The notes under the pieces: generated by a model
Told to the model about the DNA's origin: nothing
The model's input: the letters and a program-made list of their open reading frames with translations, nothing else
Database searches by the model: none
Made by a program: the position numbers and the translations under genes
From: Sanchytrium tribonematis
Lineage: Eukaryota
Assembly: GCA_018985235.1 (NCBI GenBank)
Contig: JADGIG010000039.1
Coordinates: forward strand, 1 to 35,084
Reading direction: 5' to 3'
Length of the DNA stretch: 35,084 nt
Part shown: in pieces, positions 11,564-21,577 of the stretch
Layout: every line of letters starts with the position of its first letter
Position numbering within the stretch: position 1 is the first letter of the stretch

Positions 11564-12998
11564 TTATTCTCTGCTGATATCTCTACCGAACAACCTGTGC
11601 TTCAGCCAGTCAAAGCTCACTAAAACTTGATTTCTAAATGAAAACAGTGTCGTCAAATAAACAGAATTCCAAACTGCAGTTGCTAGTAATCCATCCAATG
11701 AATAATTTCCAAACGAAAAATTGAAATCACCGATGGACTTTTCGCCACCAATGTATGCCAACCCACCCAGATGACGATAAGCAAATGGCCTTAGTCTTGG
11801 TTCCCTGCCCAACATTTCTGAATTTCCGATTTCATTAAAGACTTTGGATAAGTATTTTCCTTGCTGAAACGCAACCTGAGCTGTACTAGATAAGCAATAT
11901 GTACGGTGGATTCTTTGTGAACGTACAATCTCCAAGTGCGAAAATATCATCAAAGCCTTTTACTCTTAGAAAATCATCAACTTGAAGCCCACGCCTGGAG
12001 GTTTGTTCTTGTGGCTGTAAGTCCATCAGATTCTTAATAAGAGGCCTGGCAGTATTACCCGTGGCCCAAATCAAAATACCATATGGAATTACAACTTCTT
12101 TGTTTGTCAGTTTGTCCAAGGCTACTACAGCTTTTTGTTGCACCTCCTTCACTTGCGTGTTATTTAAAATGTCAATATTTGAGTCTTTAAATGATTTTTC
12201 AGTATATTCTACAAGTGTTTTGGAGAATGATGGCAGAAGAGCAGGGAGTGCTTCTATAAGTGTGATCTTGAACTTTCTTTCATCACCTGGAAACCATAAA
12301 CTGATATCTTCATTTAAAAAATCATACAACTCCCCTGCAAACTCCACGCCTGTGGGACCACCACCAACCACAACTGCACTCAATAATCTTTGCTTCTCAT
12401 TATCATCGACTTGCATTTCAGCAGTCTCTAGACAATCCTGAATTTTTCTTCGAATTTTACGAGCGTCTTCGACTTCTTTGAGAAAAAGACCATGATCTTT
12501 AACACCAGGTATTCCAAACGTAGCATTGTCTGCACCAACCCCTACAACCAAATAATCAAATGGTATTGTTTTCTCAAATACATCGCCTCTCACTTCGGAA
12601 TTATCTACAATAGTGACTGACTTTGCAACTGGGTCGATGTTTGTACAGTCTGCTTCTAAAAATTCAACTCCGAATGGTTTTTGACGCAACAAATATCGAA
12701 TTGGCATCATGATTGATCTGGATTCAATCCCTCCAGTAGTCAAGCTGGGTAATAGTGGAGAAAATAGAAAATAATTTCTTGGGCTCACTACTGTCACTCG
12801 ATATTCTTGGGACCATAGGTTCTTCAAAAGGCTGGTACAACCCCAGCCAGTCCCTAAAATAACAAGCCTTTTCTTATTCTCTAGATTTGCTTCTACAGGT
12901 TTGGGAGGATAGTGAAATTCATAGTATGATCTTCCAATATTGTATGTTAGCAGACCACCAGGCAAGTAAACAAACAAATATCGAAATTTAAACTTCAT
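11564..12998 (-). CDS. Type-II (alternative) mitochondrial NADH dehydrogenase, Nde1/Ndi1 family; exons 12998-11905 and 11885-11564, 471 aa
   Basis: LVILGTGWG, SPRNYFLFSPLLPS and VVGGGPTGVEFAGE. Splicing restores ALGDC...PPTAQVAFQQG. The C-terminus reads YRHLGGLAYIG...DWLKHRLFGRDISRE. Confidence 0.95.
11886..11904 (-). other. 19-nt spliceosomal intron
   Basis: gtacatattgcttatctag; phase 2 (CC|T); removal gives N-P-P-T-A-Q-V-A, the NDH-2 quinone-site motif. Confidence 0.93.
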
Positions 12999-13050
12999 AC
13001 TCCTGTTTTATCGAGATAATTTGACAAGGTGATAATTTCAGCTCGATTTA

Positions 13051-13854
13051 TTAGTAAAACGGAACTTTTTCTTTCACCTTTCTGCGAACTTCTGATTCGA
13101 TTTGAGTTTTCAGTAACTCTTCAAAATCTTGAAAAGCTTTTCCTGTGAATCTTTTTACTCGGTCTTGCAACATTCTTAAAACTGAAACAAGCTTGTCAAC
13201 AATAAAATTGTTAATTCCTTGGATCTCCTTTTTTTTAGAAAGTGTTCTAAGATCTGGAATTTGCAAATCATTTGGAAGAAAACTATTCAAGACCTTTCTG
13301 GCTACGTCGCCAATACGATTTCCGTAATCATCCTTCGTCTGCAAAGTAGTTTTATGAGCTGCGTCGTACAACAATGGCAAAACTCGCTGAATAATTTTCT
13401 CGATCTGTGCTTTGTACCATTCATGTACATCTCTCTTTTTCAATTTGCGCCAATAAAGAGACTCTCTTGCTGTCTCGTACATATTTTCTTCTAAATTGAA
13501 CTCAAACCGAGTCAAAACAGTATCAACTTCTAATCTTATATTTTCCTTAAATAAATCTATGATCTTAATCGCAAATTTTTGCCACATACTTTTTATAATG
13601 TTTAAGCTGTGTTTTTGTTCCACTCCGAAAACATCTTCTAAAGAGTCGCGAAGCCAAACAGGTGCCATGGCAATATGATCTTTCTTAAGTTCAATCGACA
13701 TTTTGTGGATAGTGCTATTTATAGCTGGTTGTAGAGCTTTTATGCTACCATCGATTACATTTTTGTTGTAAAAATTCTTAAACGGGTCAAGCATTCCTCG
13801 CTTTTTCAATTTGATTGCAGTGCTATATATCGATAAGAGAAGAACAAACAGCAT
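13051..13854 (-). CDS. Putative secreted helical two-repeat protein with KLKKR processing sites
   Basis: Hydrophobic N-terminus MLFVLLLSIYSTA; KLKKR at residues 15-19 and 137-141; no family recognised. Confidence 0.7.
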   Translation of the reverse strand: MLFVLLLSIYSTAIKLKKRGMLDPFKNFYNKNVIDGSIKALQPAINSTIHKMSIELKKDHIAMAPVWLRDSLEDVFGVEQKHSLNIIKSMWQKFAIKIIDLFKENIRLEVDTVLTRFEFNLEENMYETARESLYWRKLKKRDVHEWYKAQIEKIIQRVLPLLYDAAHKTTLQTKDDYGNRIGDVARKVLNSFLPNDLQIPDLRTLSKKKEIQGINNFIVDKLVSVLRMLQDRVKRFTGKAFQDFEELLKTQIESEVRRKVKEKVPFY

Positions 13855-14142
13855 AATGCGATTCTTAAGTAAGAATGTAGTGCATTGTATCTCTTATGAA
13901 CCCAATTTGGGCAATATTTGGCAAACACCTAATTTTGTACGGTCGCATATCGCCATAAATTGCACCTCATTGGTCTGACAATTGCAAGTTGCACTTGAGT
14001 TTTCATACCCACTTTCTTGATGATGTACTGACCTTTGAATTCTAGACACTAAAGGTCTTAGAGTAAAATTCGAAAGTTGTGTTCAAAATTTGGGAAATAC
14101 TTCACTCCGTGTAAAACAATTTTAACAAAAGTACCAACCAAA

Positions 14143-14640
14143 ATGAAATCCCTCGAAAATTGTCCGCAGCATCTGTTAGCAGAGATGATGGCAGATATGA
14201 TTAATACACTTATCACTCATAATGATAAAATCCCGCTAAATTCACAGCAAGTCACTCGATTTCATTCCAAGCAACCACCTAATATATCTGTTTTAGACTA
14301 TTTTAATAGAATTTGTAAATATGCGTCCATTGAAAATCCCAGTTTGGTTTGTTTGCTGGTTTATATAGATAGATTATGTGAACGAAATCGTTTATTTACT
14401 ATCAGCTCACTTACTATTCACAGGTTTATCATCACTGCACTCACAATAAGCTCGAAGAGTGTTTGTGATTTGTACTGTACCAACTCGTTGTATGCTAAGG
14501 TTGGAGGACTAAATATACAAGAATTGAACACTTTGGAATTAGATTTTATGTTTATGATGGATTGGAGAGTTGCGACAAGCGAGGAAGAACTAGAGAGGTA
14601 TTATTTAAATCTATGGAATAGATTTCATTTGAAAGGGTGA
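14143..14640 (+). CDS. Pho80/Pcl-family (Pho85) cyclin
   Basis: TRFHSKQPPNISVLDYFNRI, LVYIDRL, HRFIITALTISSK..CD.Y.TN..YAKVGG....ELN.LE. First ATG is at 14143. Confidence 0.92.
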   Translation: MKSLENCPQHLLAEMMADMINTLITHNDKIPLNSQQVTRFHSKQPPNISVLDYFNRICKYASIENPSLVCLLVYIDRLCERNRLFTISSLTIHRFIITALTISSKSVCDLYCTNSLYAKVGGLNIQELNTLELDFMFMMDWRVATSEEELERYYLNLWNRFHLKG

Positions 14641-14641
14641 T

Positions 14642-15376
14642 TTATTTCTTGCCTTGATTAGCAACAGCTTGTTCTTTCTTGGCAATTTCGTCCTGATCTC
14701 CAAGGTAATAATGCTTAATAGGTTTTGCTTCACTTGTCATTTCATAGACTAAAGGCACTCCAGTAGGAATGTTTAATTGGGCAATATCGTCATCCGAAAT
14801 GTTATCGAGATATTTGACAAGTGCTCTTAAGCTGTTTCCATGAGCGACAATCAAAACTGTCTTACCTTTTTTTAATAAAGGCTCAATTTCACTTTCATAA
14901 AATGGTAGGACTCTTTCCACTACCATTTTTAATGATTCGGTGTTTGGAACTGAAAGTCCTTTATATCGAGGATCAAATTTTGGGTGTCTTTTATCATTGT
15001 CGTCCAAAGTAGGTGGGGGAATATCGTATGATCTTCTCCAAATAAACACCTGATTTTCCCCATATTTTTCAGCTGTTTCTTTCTTGTTCAATCCTTGCAA
15101 TCCACCATAGTGTCTTTCATTTAATCGCAAATCTCGCACTACTGGCAAATAGAGCTGGTCCATCTTCTCTAAAGCCAGATAATGTGTCTTTATGGCTCTT
15201 TTTAAGACAGAAGTGTAAGTAATATCAATCGGGGTTTTTGCGGTGGCTTTTAAAAGCAATTCACCTGCTTGCTTTGCCTCCTTGACGCCCTTATCAGTAA
15301 GATCACAGTCATACCAGCCGGTGAATTTATTTTCTAAATTCCATTCACTCTCACCATGTCTTAACAAGATTAACAT
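14642..15376 (-). CDS. GPM1: 2,3-bisphosphoglycerate-dependent phosphoglycerate mutase
   Basis: [36 protein letters not shown] and C-terminal AVANQGKK. Confidence 0.97.
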   Translation of the reverse strand: MLILLRHGESEWNLENKFTGWYDCDLTDKGVKEAKQAGELLLKATAKTPIDITYTSVLKRAIKTHYLALEKMDQLYLPVVRDLRLNERHYGGLQGLNKKETAEKYGENQVFIWRRSYDIPPPTLDDNDKRHPKFDPRYKGLSVPNTESLKMVVERVLPFYESEIEPLLKKGKTVLIVAHGNSLRALVKYLDNISDDDIAQLNIPTGVPLVYEMTSEAKPIKHYYLGDQDEIAKKEQAVANQGKK

Positions 15377-15534
15377 CGATTCAAGGGGAATTGTCCAAAA
15401 TTTGATATTAATCTTAATTAATACGCGATAATCTTTTTCATGTGAATAGTAGGTCTTATTACTTCTGCCATTTATTAATTCAATTGTTTTGTGATGTCAT
15501 CAACAAGAATCAAAAAGGAGGAAACAATTGTACA

Positions 15535-17469
15535 ATGAACATTCCAACAATTGATAATTATGTCTCAGCAAATGCAGTGTTTAAGAATTGGCTTAAGAAA
15601 AAGAATTGCGTAACAGCAAATGCTTCTGTAATGTATTTATTGGAATTGCAAAAATTAGGAATTCCTTTACTTTTTAAAGATTATTCTGAACATCCACTTA
15701 TTACTTTAGAAAAAAATAGTGACTGCTCAGTATTCTATTCATTATTAAAAAACTATATCAAATTGAACAGTGTGGACGTTGGAAATTTAGACAAAATTTG
15801 TTCGGATATAATACTAGAAAAGAGAGATTTGACTGAATTGCTTTATTGCATACAAAGAAAACAGCAAAAAAGAATTAGTAGTATGATCGAGGATTTTATG
15901 GATGATTCAATAGTTTCTTACGATTACAAAGTCGCATATTTAACTATTTGGACCAAAGACTTCTCAATTAAAAGTTTGGACCTTTTAAAAGATTTCGACA
16001 AAATCCAGTTTCTGATAAACTCTCTGGATTACATATTGCAGTACCCATGTTCTGACTCCATTCTCGGTCGCTGCTGTCGTTTTGTCAAACATTTGACCAT
16101 CAAGTGTAGAAAATTAGATACATTAACACAAACTAATATTTGGTATCAAATGAAATGTATTGAGTATTGGAGATCTCTTTTTGTAAATGGGAAGCAAATT
16201 GCTATCAAAAAGCAGAGCAGCATAACAGCAAACCTTTTAGAATGCTTCTTATTTATTTCTGGAAAATTCAAAGAATTTAGTCCTGAAAAGTCTTTGATTT
16301 TTTTGAATCATTGGGATGTTTACAAAGAGAATGCTCCAATGAACAAGAATGATATAAATCAGATTGATGTTATCCTTACTGACGCGATATGCTGTTCAAT
16401 TTCAATGGATCAAAACAATTTTGTGGATAAAGTTTATAATTTTCTCAAAACATCGACACTAAAATCGAATTTAAAATGCGACATTATACAAACTATGATG
16501 TATGCCAGATATGATGGGAAAAAACTTATAAAGCTGGCAACTACAACTGAAGACGAATCTTTGTTTAAAACAATCTTGTTGCATGCCAATTTGTATGATT
16601 CAAGAAATATTTACAAAGACGCAGCAAAGCTTTTTTATTCATCGGCGAGCTATTATATGAAAGACAATCAGTTATTTTTACTATTAGAGCATCACAAGTT
16701 TCTGACCGAAGCGCATTTATTTGAAAATTCGGTTTCCGACACTGCCGGGATAGAATGGATCAAAATCAAAACCAGAACTTATTTCGATAAACTGTGCTAC
16801 AAGTTTGATCCGTATTTAGAGTTGTGTGGTACCTACGATGATTGCCCAGATAAACAGGAAACATTGAGTGCGTTGATTCGACTTAATCGAGCATTTTATG
16901 CAAAAATCCCAGTGGATGTATTTTATGCCAATGGGGTAGTTGGATTCTTATTAGTCATGCTTTCCTGTTTCGATAAGACCATACAGGCACAAGCTAGGTT
17001 TCACTTGGATTATATTGTGAAAGAAACGTCTAGATCAGATATGCCCGACAAGACTTTGCTGGTTGCAGCTGTGAACACCGTTAGAAACTGGTTTTCCATT
17101 CCATTTCCTAATGAGCAGAATAAGCTTGAAGCAATCCCGTATGTTTATGCATATTTTGTTTCTAATGCCATCCAAATGAAAAAGGATCATTTAATGTACA
17201 CACAAACTATGCTGTATTTGTTCAAATCGCCGGTGTTTACCAACGAGCCGCCGTTCTTTAAAAATTTGTTCAAAGAGGCTACTTTAGTGAGACGAAAGCA
17301 TAGACTGTACGTAATTGAACTTTTAAGCCACGGACTCAAATCGCACTTAGATAAATCGCTGTATTTTAAATGGCATGTAATGGAAGTTTTGGACTGCTTC
17401 GCACAAACATTTTTATGTACACCAGAGGAACGTTGCTTGATTCAAGAACTTTTAGTCAAAATAAACTAA
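15535..17469 (+). CDS. Probable reduced URB1/Npa1 nucleolar pre-ribosomal protein (NopRA1-like C-terminal domain)
   Basis: The C-terminal region GVVGFLLVMLSCFDKTIQAQARFHL...HLMY....YL...P....PPFF..LF......R.HRLYVIELLSHGL resembles URB1 from memory. First ATG is at 15535. Much shorter than typical URB1. Confidence 0.55.
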   Translation: MNIPTIDNYVSANAVFKNWLKKKNCVTANASVMYLLELQKLGIPLLFKDYSEHPLITLEKNSDCSVFYSLLKNYIKLNSVDVGNLDKICSDIILEKRDLTELLYCIQRKQQKRISSMIEDFMDDSIVSYDYKVAYLTIWTKDFSIKSLDLLKDFDKIQFLINSLDYILQYPCSDSILGRCCRFVKHLTIKCRKLDTLTQTNIWYQMKCIEYWRSLFVNGKQIAIKKQSSITANLLECFLFISGKFKEFSPEKSLIFLNHWDVYKENAPMNKNDINQIDVILTDAICCSISMDQNNFVDKVYNFLKTSTLKSNLKCDIIQTMMYARYDGKKLIKLATTTEDESLFKTILLHANLYDSRNIYKDAAKLFYSSASYYMKDNQLFLLLEHHKFLTEAHLFENSVSDTAGIEWIKIKTRTYFDKLCYKFDPYLELCGTYDDCPDKQETLSALIRLNRAFYAKIPVDVFYANGVVGFLLVMLSCFDKTIQAQARFHLDYIVKETSRSDMPDKTLLVAAVNTVRNWFSIPFPNEQNKLEAIPYVYAYFVSNAIQMKKDHLMYTQTMLYLFKSPVFTNEPPFFKNLFKEATLVRRKHRLYVIELLSHGLKSHLDKSLYFKWHVMEVLDCFAQTFLCTPEERCLIQELLVKIN

Positions 17470-17497
17470 TTAATTCTGAACACTTCTCCTTGATTTT

Positions 17498-18085
17498 ATG
17501 ACAATTCAAATTCATTCTTTGGCTTTGTTGGAAGCTGTTAACGGAGACCAAAAGACTGGATATTTGGTTGGTAAGCAAAACGTTATCTCTACTTGCAGCA
17601 CATTTCATCAATTAGATTTAATCCTACAAGTTTGGCCTGGTAATAGTGTCATAGGATTATTCTATTCTGATATGCTAGACGAAAGCAAAGTTAGGGATGG
17701 TTTTCTTCTCTTTAATACTACGAATTTTCGATTGCATGATAAGAACGAGCGCGATCTAGACTACGAAATTTCTTCTACAATGGCAGAGCAAGCAGCAATT
17801 AATTTTTGTGATACAACCGACACTCTTTCTAGATTGCAATTTTCTTATTCAAAATTTCAAAAAGAGCTAGAAGCTTCGATTGGAAATTCAAAAAAATTGG
17901 ATGAACTATACCAGATTGTAAAGCCAATCTCGGACGACAAGCTCAGAGAATATACCGAAAACCTCGAAGAATTGATCCAAAATAATATTGCTGGTCATTT
18001 ATTGAATCATTCGCACGATCTAGTGGATAACCTTTCCACGATCAAGACTGTACCACAAGGTCCTAAAAGAAGGAAAAATAAATGA
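17498..18085 (+). CDS. Degenerate non-catalytic MPN protein, most like COP9 signalosome subunit 6
   Basis: IQIHSLALL..., GYLVGKQ, QVWPGNSVIGLF and STMAEQAAIN resemble CSN6 VALHPLVIL, GALIGKQ, QVF..LEFLGWY and TEEAERIGVD. Confidence 0.6.
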   Translation: MTIQIHSLALLEAVNGDQKTGYLVGKQNVISTCSTFHQLDLILQVWPGNSVIGLFYSDMLDESKVRDGFLLFNTTNFRLHDKNERDLDYEISSTMAEQAAINFCDTTDTLSRLQFSYSKFQKELEASIGNSKKLDELYQIVKPISDDKLREYTENLEELIQNNIAGHLLNHSHDLVDNLSTIKTVPQGPKRRKNK

Positions 18086-18091
18086 TGCTAT

Positions 18092-20800
18092 TTAATATCG
18101 TTTTTTCTTTTTACGTATTTGGATTCCGTCCGACTTCTGAGCTTCAAATTCAATTGAAAAAGGATTTTGGTTCTTCTCTTCTTTTCTTAAATTGAACGTA
18201 AACTCAAATGGCTCCACAAAATGATTTTTCACGCTGAAAAACTGAGGGCCAAGCTCAGCAAGCCATAGCGGATCTACAGAGGTGACTGTTTGCATATATT
18301 CCTTTGACGTGTATAACAATTCGTGATAAACAATATAGTCTGGTAAGGCTCCCATTGAAGATAATGAAGAGGTGGGGTGAAGGAAGCAAGAAACACCACT
18401 TCTTGCATTCATATATTCATTCAAGGATTTCATTCGCGCAGTGTGGTGAAAATACGCAGAGCATATGGATTTTCTAACTAAGTCTAGGTTAGAACCACAA
18501 CTTGTGATTGTAATGTTAGCTTTTTTAATTAATTCGACCAACTGAAAATTAATTTCCTTAGCTTTGCGGATCGGTTTCGGGTGCAAAAAATGCTTCAAAC
18601 ACCACGAATCGCGTTGGCCGTTTTTCAGAAATTGCGAATAAATGTTTAAAAGGGTAAGGTGATCGCTCTCAGGAACATAGAACTTTTCTCTGCTAGAATC
18701 GGCTTCTTCTGCCCTTTCCTTTGGTCGATAAAATACATGAGGCACTGACAACATGCTCACAATGACGAGCACTTCCTCTAAACATCCGAGTTGGATGCCC
18801 ATTACCACCATTTTGGCTAAACTTGGCTCTAAAGGAAACTCGACCATCAAGCGACCTATTTCAGTGAGATTTTGTTTATCATCTATGGCACCCAAAAGCC
18901 AAAGTTGATGCAGCGAGTTTCTGATAGAGTCCATTGAAGGAGAATCCATAAAATCAAATTTGAAAATATCATCTATGTTGAGAGATTTGAGCAATAAAAT
19001 GACATTAGCAAGGTTTGTCCTCTGAATCTCGGGAATAGTATTCGACAGAAGCTCTTTCTCGAATTGTATTTCAGTATATAATCTGTAGCAAAATCCGTTA
19101 GTGGTTCTTCCCGCCCTACCACTTCTTTGATTTGCGTTGGCTTGAGAAATTGGTGTAACTTGAAGCGTGTCGATTCCCAATCTTGGGTTGAAAACTTTTA
19201 ATTTGCAAAATCCCGAGTCTACAGTATATTTGATTCCGTCAATTGTTAAACTTGTTTCCGCGATGTTTGTTGCTACTATTACCTTGCGATTCTTTGATTT
19301 CATAAAAATTTTTGCCTGCATATCTGCTGGCAATTGGGAATAAATAGGCAAAATGTCAAGTTCAGGGGTATCTTCCATTCGTAAAAGACGCTCTTTCATA
19401 GCAAAACATGCAGCTTCGATGTCTTCTTGTCCGGTTAAAAATAAAAGTATATCACCAGGTCCCATTGTCAAATGAATGGTCAATGCTTGTTTAACAGCGC
19501 TTTCAACATAATCCTGAGTTGGTGTTTTACTATACATAATTTCGACCGGAAATGTCCTGCCGGGTATGTTATAGATTGGACTATGCGAAAAAAATTGGGA
19601 AAACTGCCCCGCATTCATAGTTGCGCTGGTTACAATTAGTTTAAAATCTAGCCTTCTTCCACTCAATCGCTTAAGAACTCCCATTAACACGTCAGTATTA
19701 AGATTTCTCTCGTGAGCTTCGTCTAGAATAATGACAGAATATTGATCTACATCGGAGTCTTTCAAGCATTCTCTCAAAAGGATACCGTCTGTCATAAATT
19801 TTATCTTTGTCTTGGAACTTGTTTGATCTTCAAATCTAATAGAATAACCAACCTCTTCTCCTAGAGCTACTCCCATCTCATCAGATACTCGCTTTGCAAC
19901 ACTAAGAGCGGCCACTCTTCGAGGTTGCGTAACTCCGATCATTCCATGTCGAGCGAACCCCACTTCATACAGATATTGGGCTAATTGTGTGGTTTTACCG
20001 CTACCAGTTTCTCCAACAATAACTAGAATCTGGTTTTCACGAATCAATTGCATCAGCTCTCTCCTGACAGCAAAAATAGGTAAATATTTCCTCTGCTGTT
20101 GAATACTTTTTTTAAGAGCAAATTCACTGGTAGCCATGTTTTGATTTTCCATTAGTTCTAAAAACTTTTTTTCTTCTTTGACAACCTCAAAAGTGCTTTT
20201 TTGACCTGATATCTTTCCCATCATTGTTCCATCTAAATTGTGCGACGACAATTTTGATACTTCTTGTTCTTCCCTTTTTCTTGAAACTAATTTAGAACCT
20301 TTTCTAGCAAGAACACTCATATCCGATTTAGGGTCCTTTACAACGCTGATCATATCCATTTCTTTAATTGTTGAGTTCTTAAGAAATTCCGGAACGTCAT
20401 CATGTACAATGAGATGATGTTTCTCACCTTCATCTTCTAGTTCATCTTTTCGTTTTCTTACACCACTGGTAGCAAGCCTATTTTGTTCCCATTTATCCTG
20501 TTCTTGCTCGTAAAACTTTTGTCTTTGCGTTTTTCTAGTACGCTCGTAATCGCTGTATGGATGCTGCTGTACATCAAAAGCGTCTTCACCATACCATTCT
20601 CGTTCTAGCAACAAGTCTTCAATTGGATCCTCTGTATTTTCGTCTTCAACGCTAAATTCACCATAAGTCTTTAAACTTAGTTCATTGTAGATGTTCTCAC
20701 CGTTCAAACCAAAGCTGCTCACGTACTCAACAAACTTTTCTTTATTTGATAATAAGCTCAAAGCATATTGCTCATTTTTGATTTGTTTGAGCGAATCCAT
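18092..20800 (-). CDS. PRP16: Pre-mRNA splicing DEAH helicase Prp16/DHX38
   Basis: GETGSGKTTQ, DEAHER, SAT and QRSGRAGRT. Prp16-type N-terminal features EREWY, PVKDP-like VVKDPKSDM and QQRKYLPIFAVR. First ATG is at 20800. Confidence 0.93.
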   Translation of the reverse strand: MDSLKQIKNEQYALSLLSNKEKFVEYVSSFGLNGENIYNELSLKTYGEFSVEDENTEDPIEDLLLEREWYGEDAFDVQQHPYSDYERTRKTQRQKFYEQEQDKWEQNRLATSGVRKRKDELEDEGEKHHLIVHDDVPEFLKNSTIKEMDMISVVKDPKSDMSVLARKGSKLVSRKREEQEVSKLSSHNLDGTMMGKISGQKSTFEVVKEEKKFLELMENQNMATSEFALKKSIQQQRKYLPIFAVRRELMQLIRENQILVIVGETGSGKTTQLAQYLYEVGFARHGMIGVTQPRRVAALSVAKRVSDEMGVALGEEVGYSIRFEDQTSSKTKIKFMTDGILLRECLKDSDVDQYSVIILDEAHERNLNTDVLMGVLKRLSGRRLDFKLIVTSATMNAGQFSQFFSHSPIYNIPGRTFPVEIMYSKTPTQDYVESAVKQALTIHLTMGPGDILLFLTGQEDIEAACFAMKERLLRMEDTPELDILPIYSQLPADMQAKIFMKSKNRKVIVATNIAETSLTIDGIKYTVDSGFCKLKVFNPRLGIDTLQVTPISQANANQRSGRAGRTTNGFCYRLYTEIQFEKELLSNTIPEIQRTNLANVILLLKSLNIDDIFKFDFMDSPSMDSIRNSLHQLWLLGAIDDKQNLTEIGRLMVEFPLEPSLAKMVVMGIQLGCLEEVLVIVSMLSVPHVFYRPKERAEEADSSREKFYVPESDHLTLLNIYSQFLKNGQRDSWCLKHFLHPKPIRKAKEINFQLVELIKKANITITSCGSNLDLVRKSICSAYFHHTARMKSLNEYMNARSGVSCFLHPTSSLSSMGALPDYIVYHELLYTSKEYMQTVTSVDPLWLAELGPQFFSVKNHFVEPFEFTFNLRKEEKNQNPFSIEFEAQKSDGIQIRKKKKRY

Positions 20801-20848
20801 GTTGAAATAATTGCCAACCCCCAATTGTTTTCAATAGTAGAAAGCTAA

Positions 20849-21412
20849 ATGTTTATTGACACTTCAAACACAATATTACCAGAAGAATTGAGATGTTTTG
20901 CAATGGAAAGCATGGTTCGCTGTATACCGCAAGTTGATGTGAATGAGCATTACACGCTCTTTCAAATATATGGTCCTTTCAAAGCTGGTATCCCATGTGA
21001 AATGCCATTATTTATGGCACTGAAACTGAAAGTCCAAATTGAGATGCCCATTTATTACCACAATCAAGAGTTAGACAAAATGATGAAATTGGAACAGAGT
21101 TCTGAATTTTTGAGAAAGTTGCCGCATGACCACTTTTTCGAAATCGGTTTTATTTTAAAAATCAATGTAAAAAAGCTCAATGATTTTCGAAATATACGAT
21201 TTGACAAATCTGTGAAACAAGTGACAATGATGAAGCCTGATTTGATAAAGTTTGGTTTTCTGACCAACTATGAAGCCAATTTGTTGCGCCCTTTGATTAT
21301 GCCTCTTCTGGCTTATTTAAAGCATTGCTCTCCGGATCAGATAGGCAGCATTAGTGCAGACATGGTTAAAAAGTTGTATAATGACAAAGTTAGTCAGATT
21401 TATGAAGAGTAA
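20849..21412 (+). CDS. PSF2: GINS complex subunit Psf2
   Basis: PEEL.CFAME.MV..IP, YGPFKAG.P.EMPLFMALKLK, LP...FFE, R.IR.DK and LT.YEANLLRP. Confidence 0.88.
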   Translation: MFIDTSNTILPEELRCFAMESMVRCIPQVDVNEHYTLFQIYGPFKAGIPCEMPLFMALKLKVQIEMPIYYHNQELDKMMKLEQSSEFLRKLPHDHFFEIGFILKINVKKLNDFRNIRFDKSVKQVTMMKPDLIKFGFLTNYEANLLRPLIMPLLAYLKHCSPDQIGSISADMVKKLYNDKVSQIYEE

Positions 21413-21546
21413 AATTTTTGTACGTAAAGTGGAACTTTTTTGTTATATTTAAGCTGGGTCTCGTACTTTCGCATTTCTAATGTTATTTCTTCGACAAGCT
21501 TCATGCCTCGACTGCAATTCAAAACATTGACTATTTCATCCTCCAT
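21400..21546 (-). CDS. Candidate 48-aa microprotein, absent from the ORF track
   Basis: ATG at 21546 is open to TAA at 21400-21402 (MEDEIVNVLNCSRGMKLVEEITLEMRKYETQLKYNKKVPLYVQKFYSS). It fills an otherwise anomalous 165-bp gap and has ACTCCTTT about 20 nt upstream. Confidence 0.45.
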   Translation of the reverse strand: MEDEIVNVLNCSRGMKLVEEITLEMRKYETQLKYNKKVPLYVQKFYSS

Positions 21547-21577
21547 CAAATTTATAAAAACAAATAAAGGAGTAAAA

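Noticed and set aside
13955..13985. U1-like ATTGCAC (plus strand) and U4-like CCAATGAGG (minus strand)
   Set aside because: There is no ATACTTAC 5' end, no closing k-turn stem and no properly placed Sm site; these are short chance matches.
12999..15520. AGGAG upstream of some ATGs read as bacterial Shine-Dalgarno sites
   Set aside because: The gene content is eukaryotic and spliced, and the same motif occurs in both orientations, consistent with a DNA-level element.
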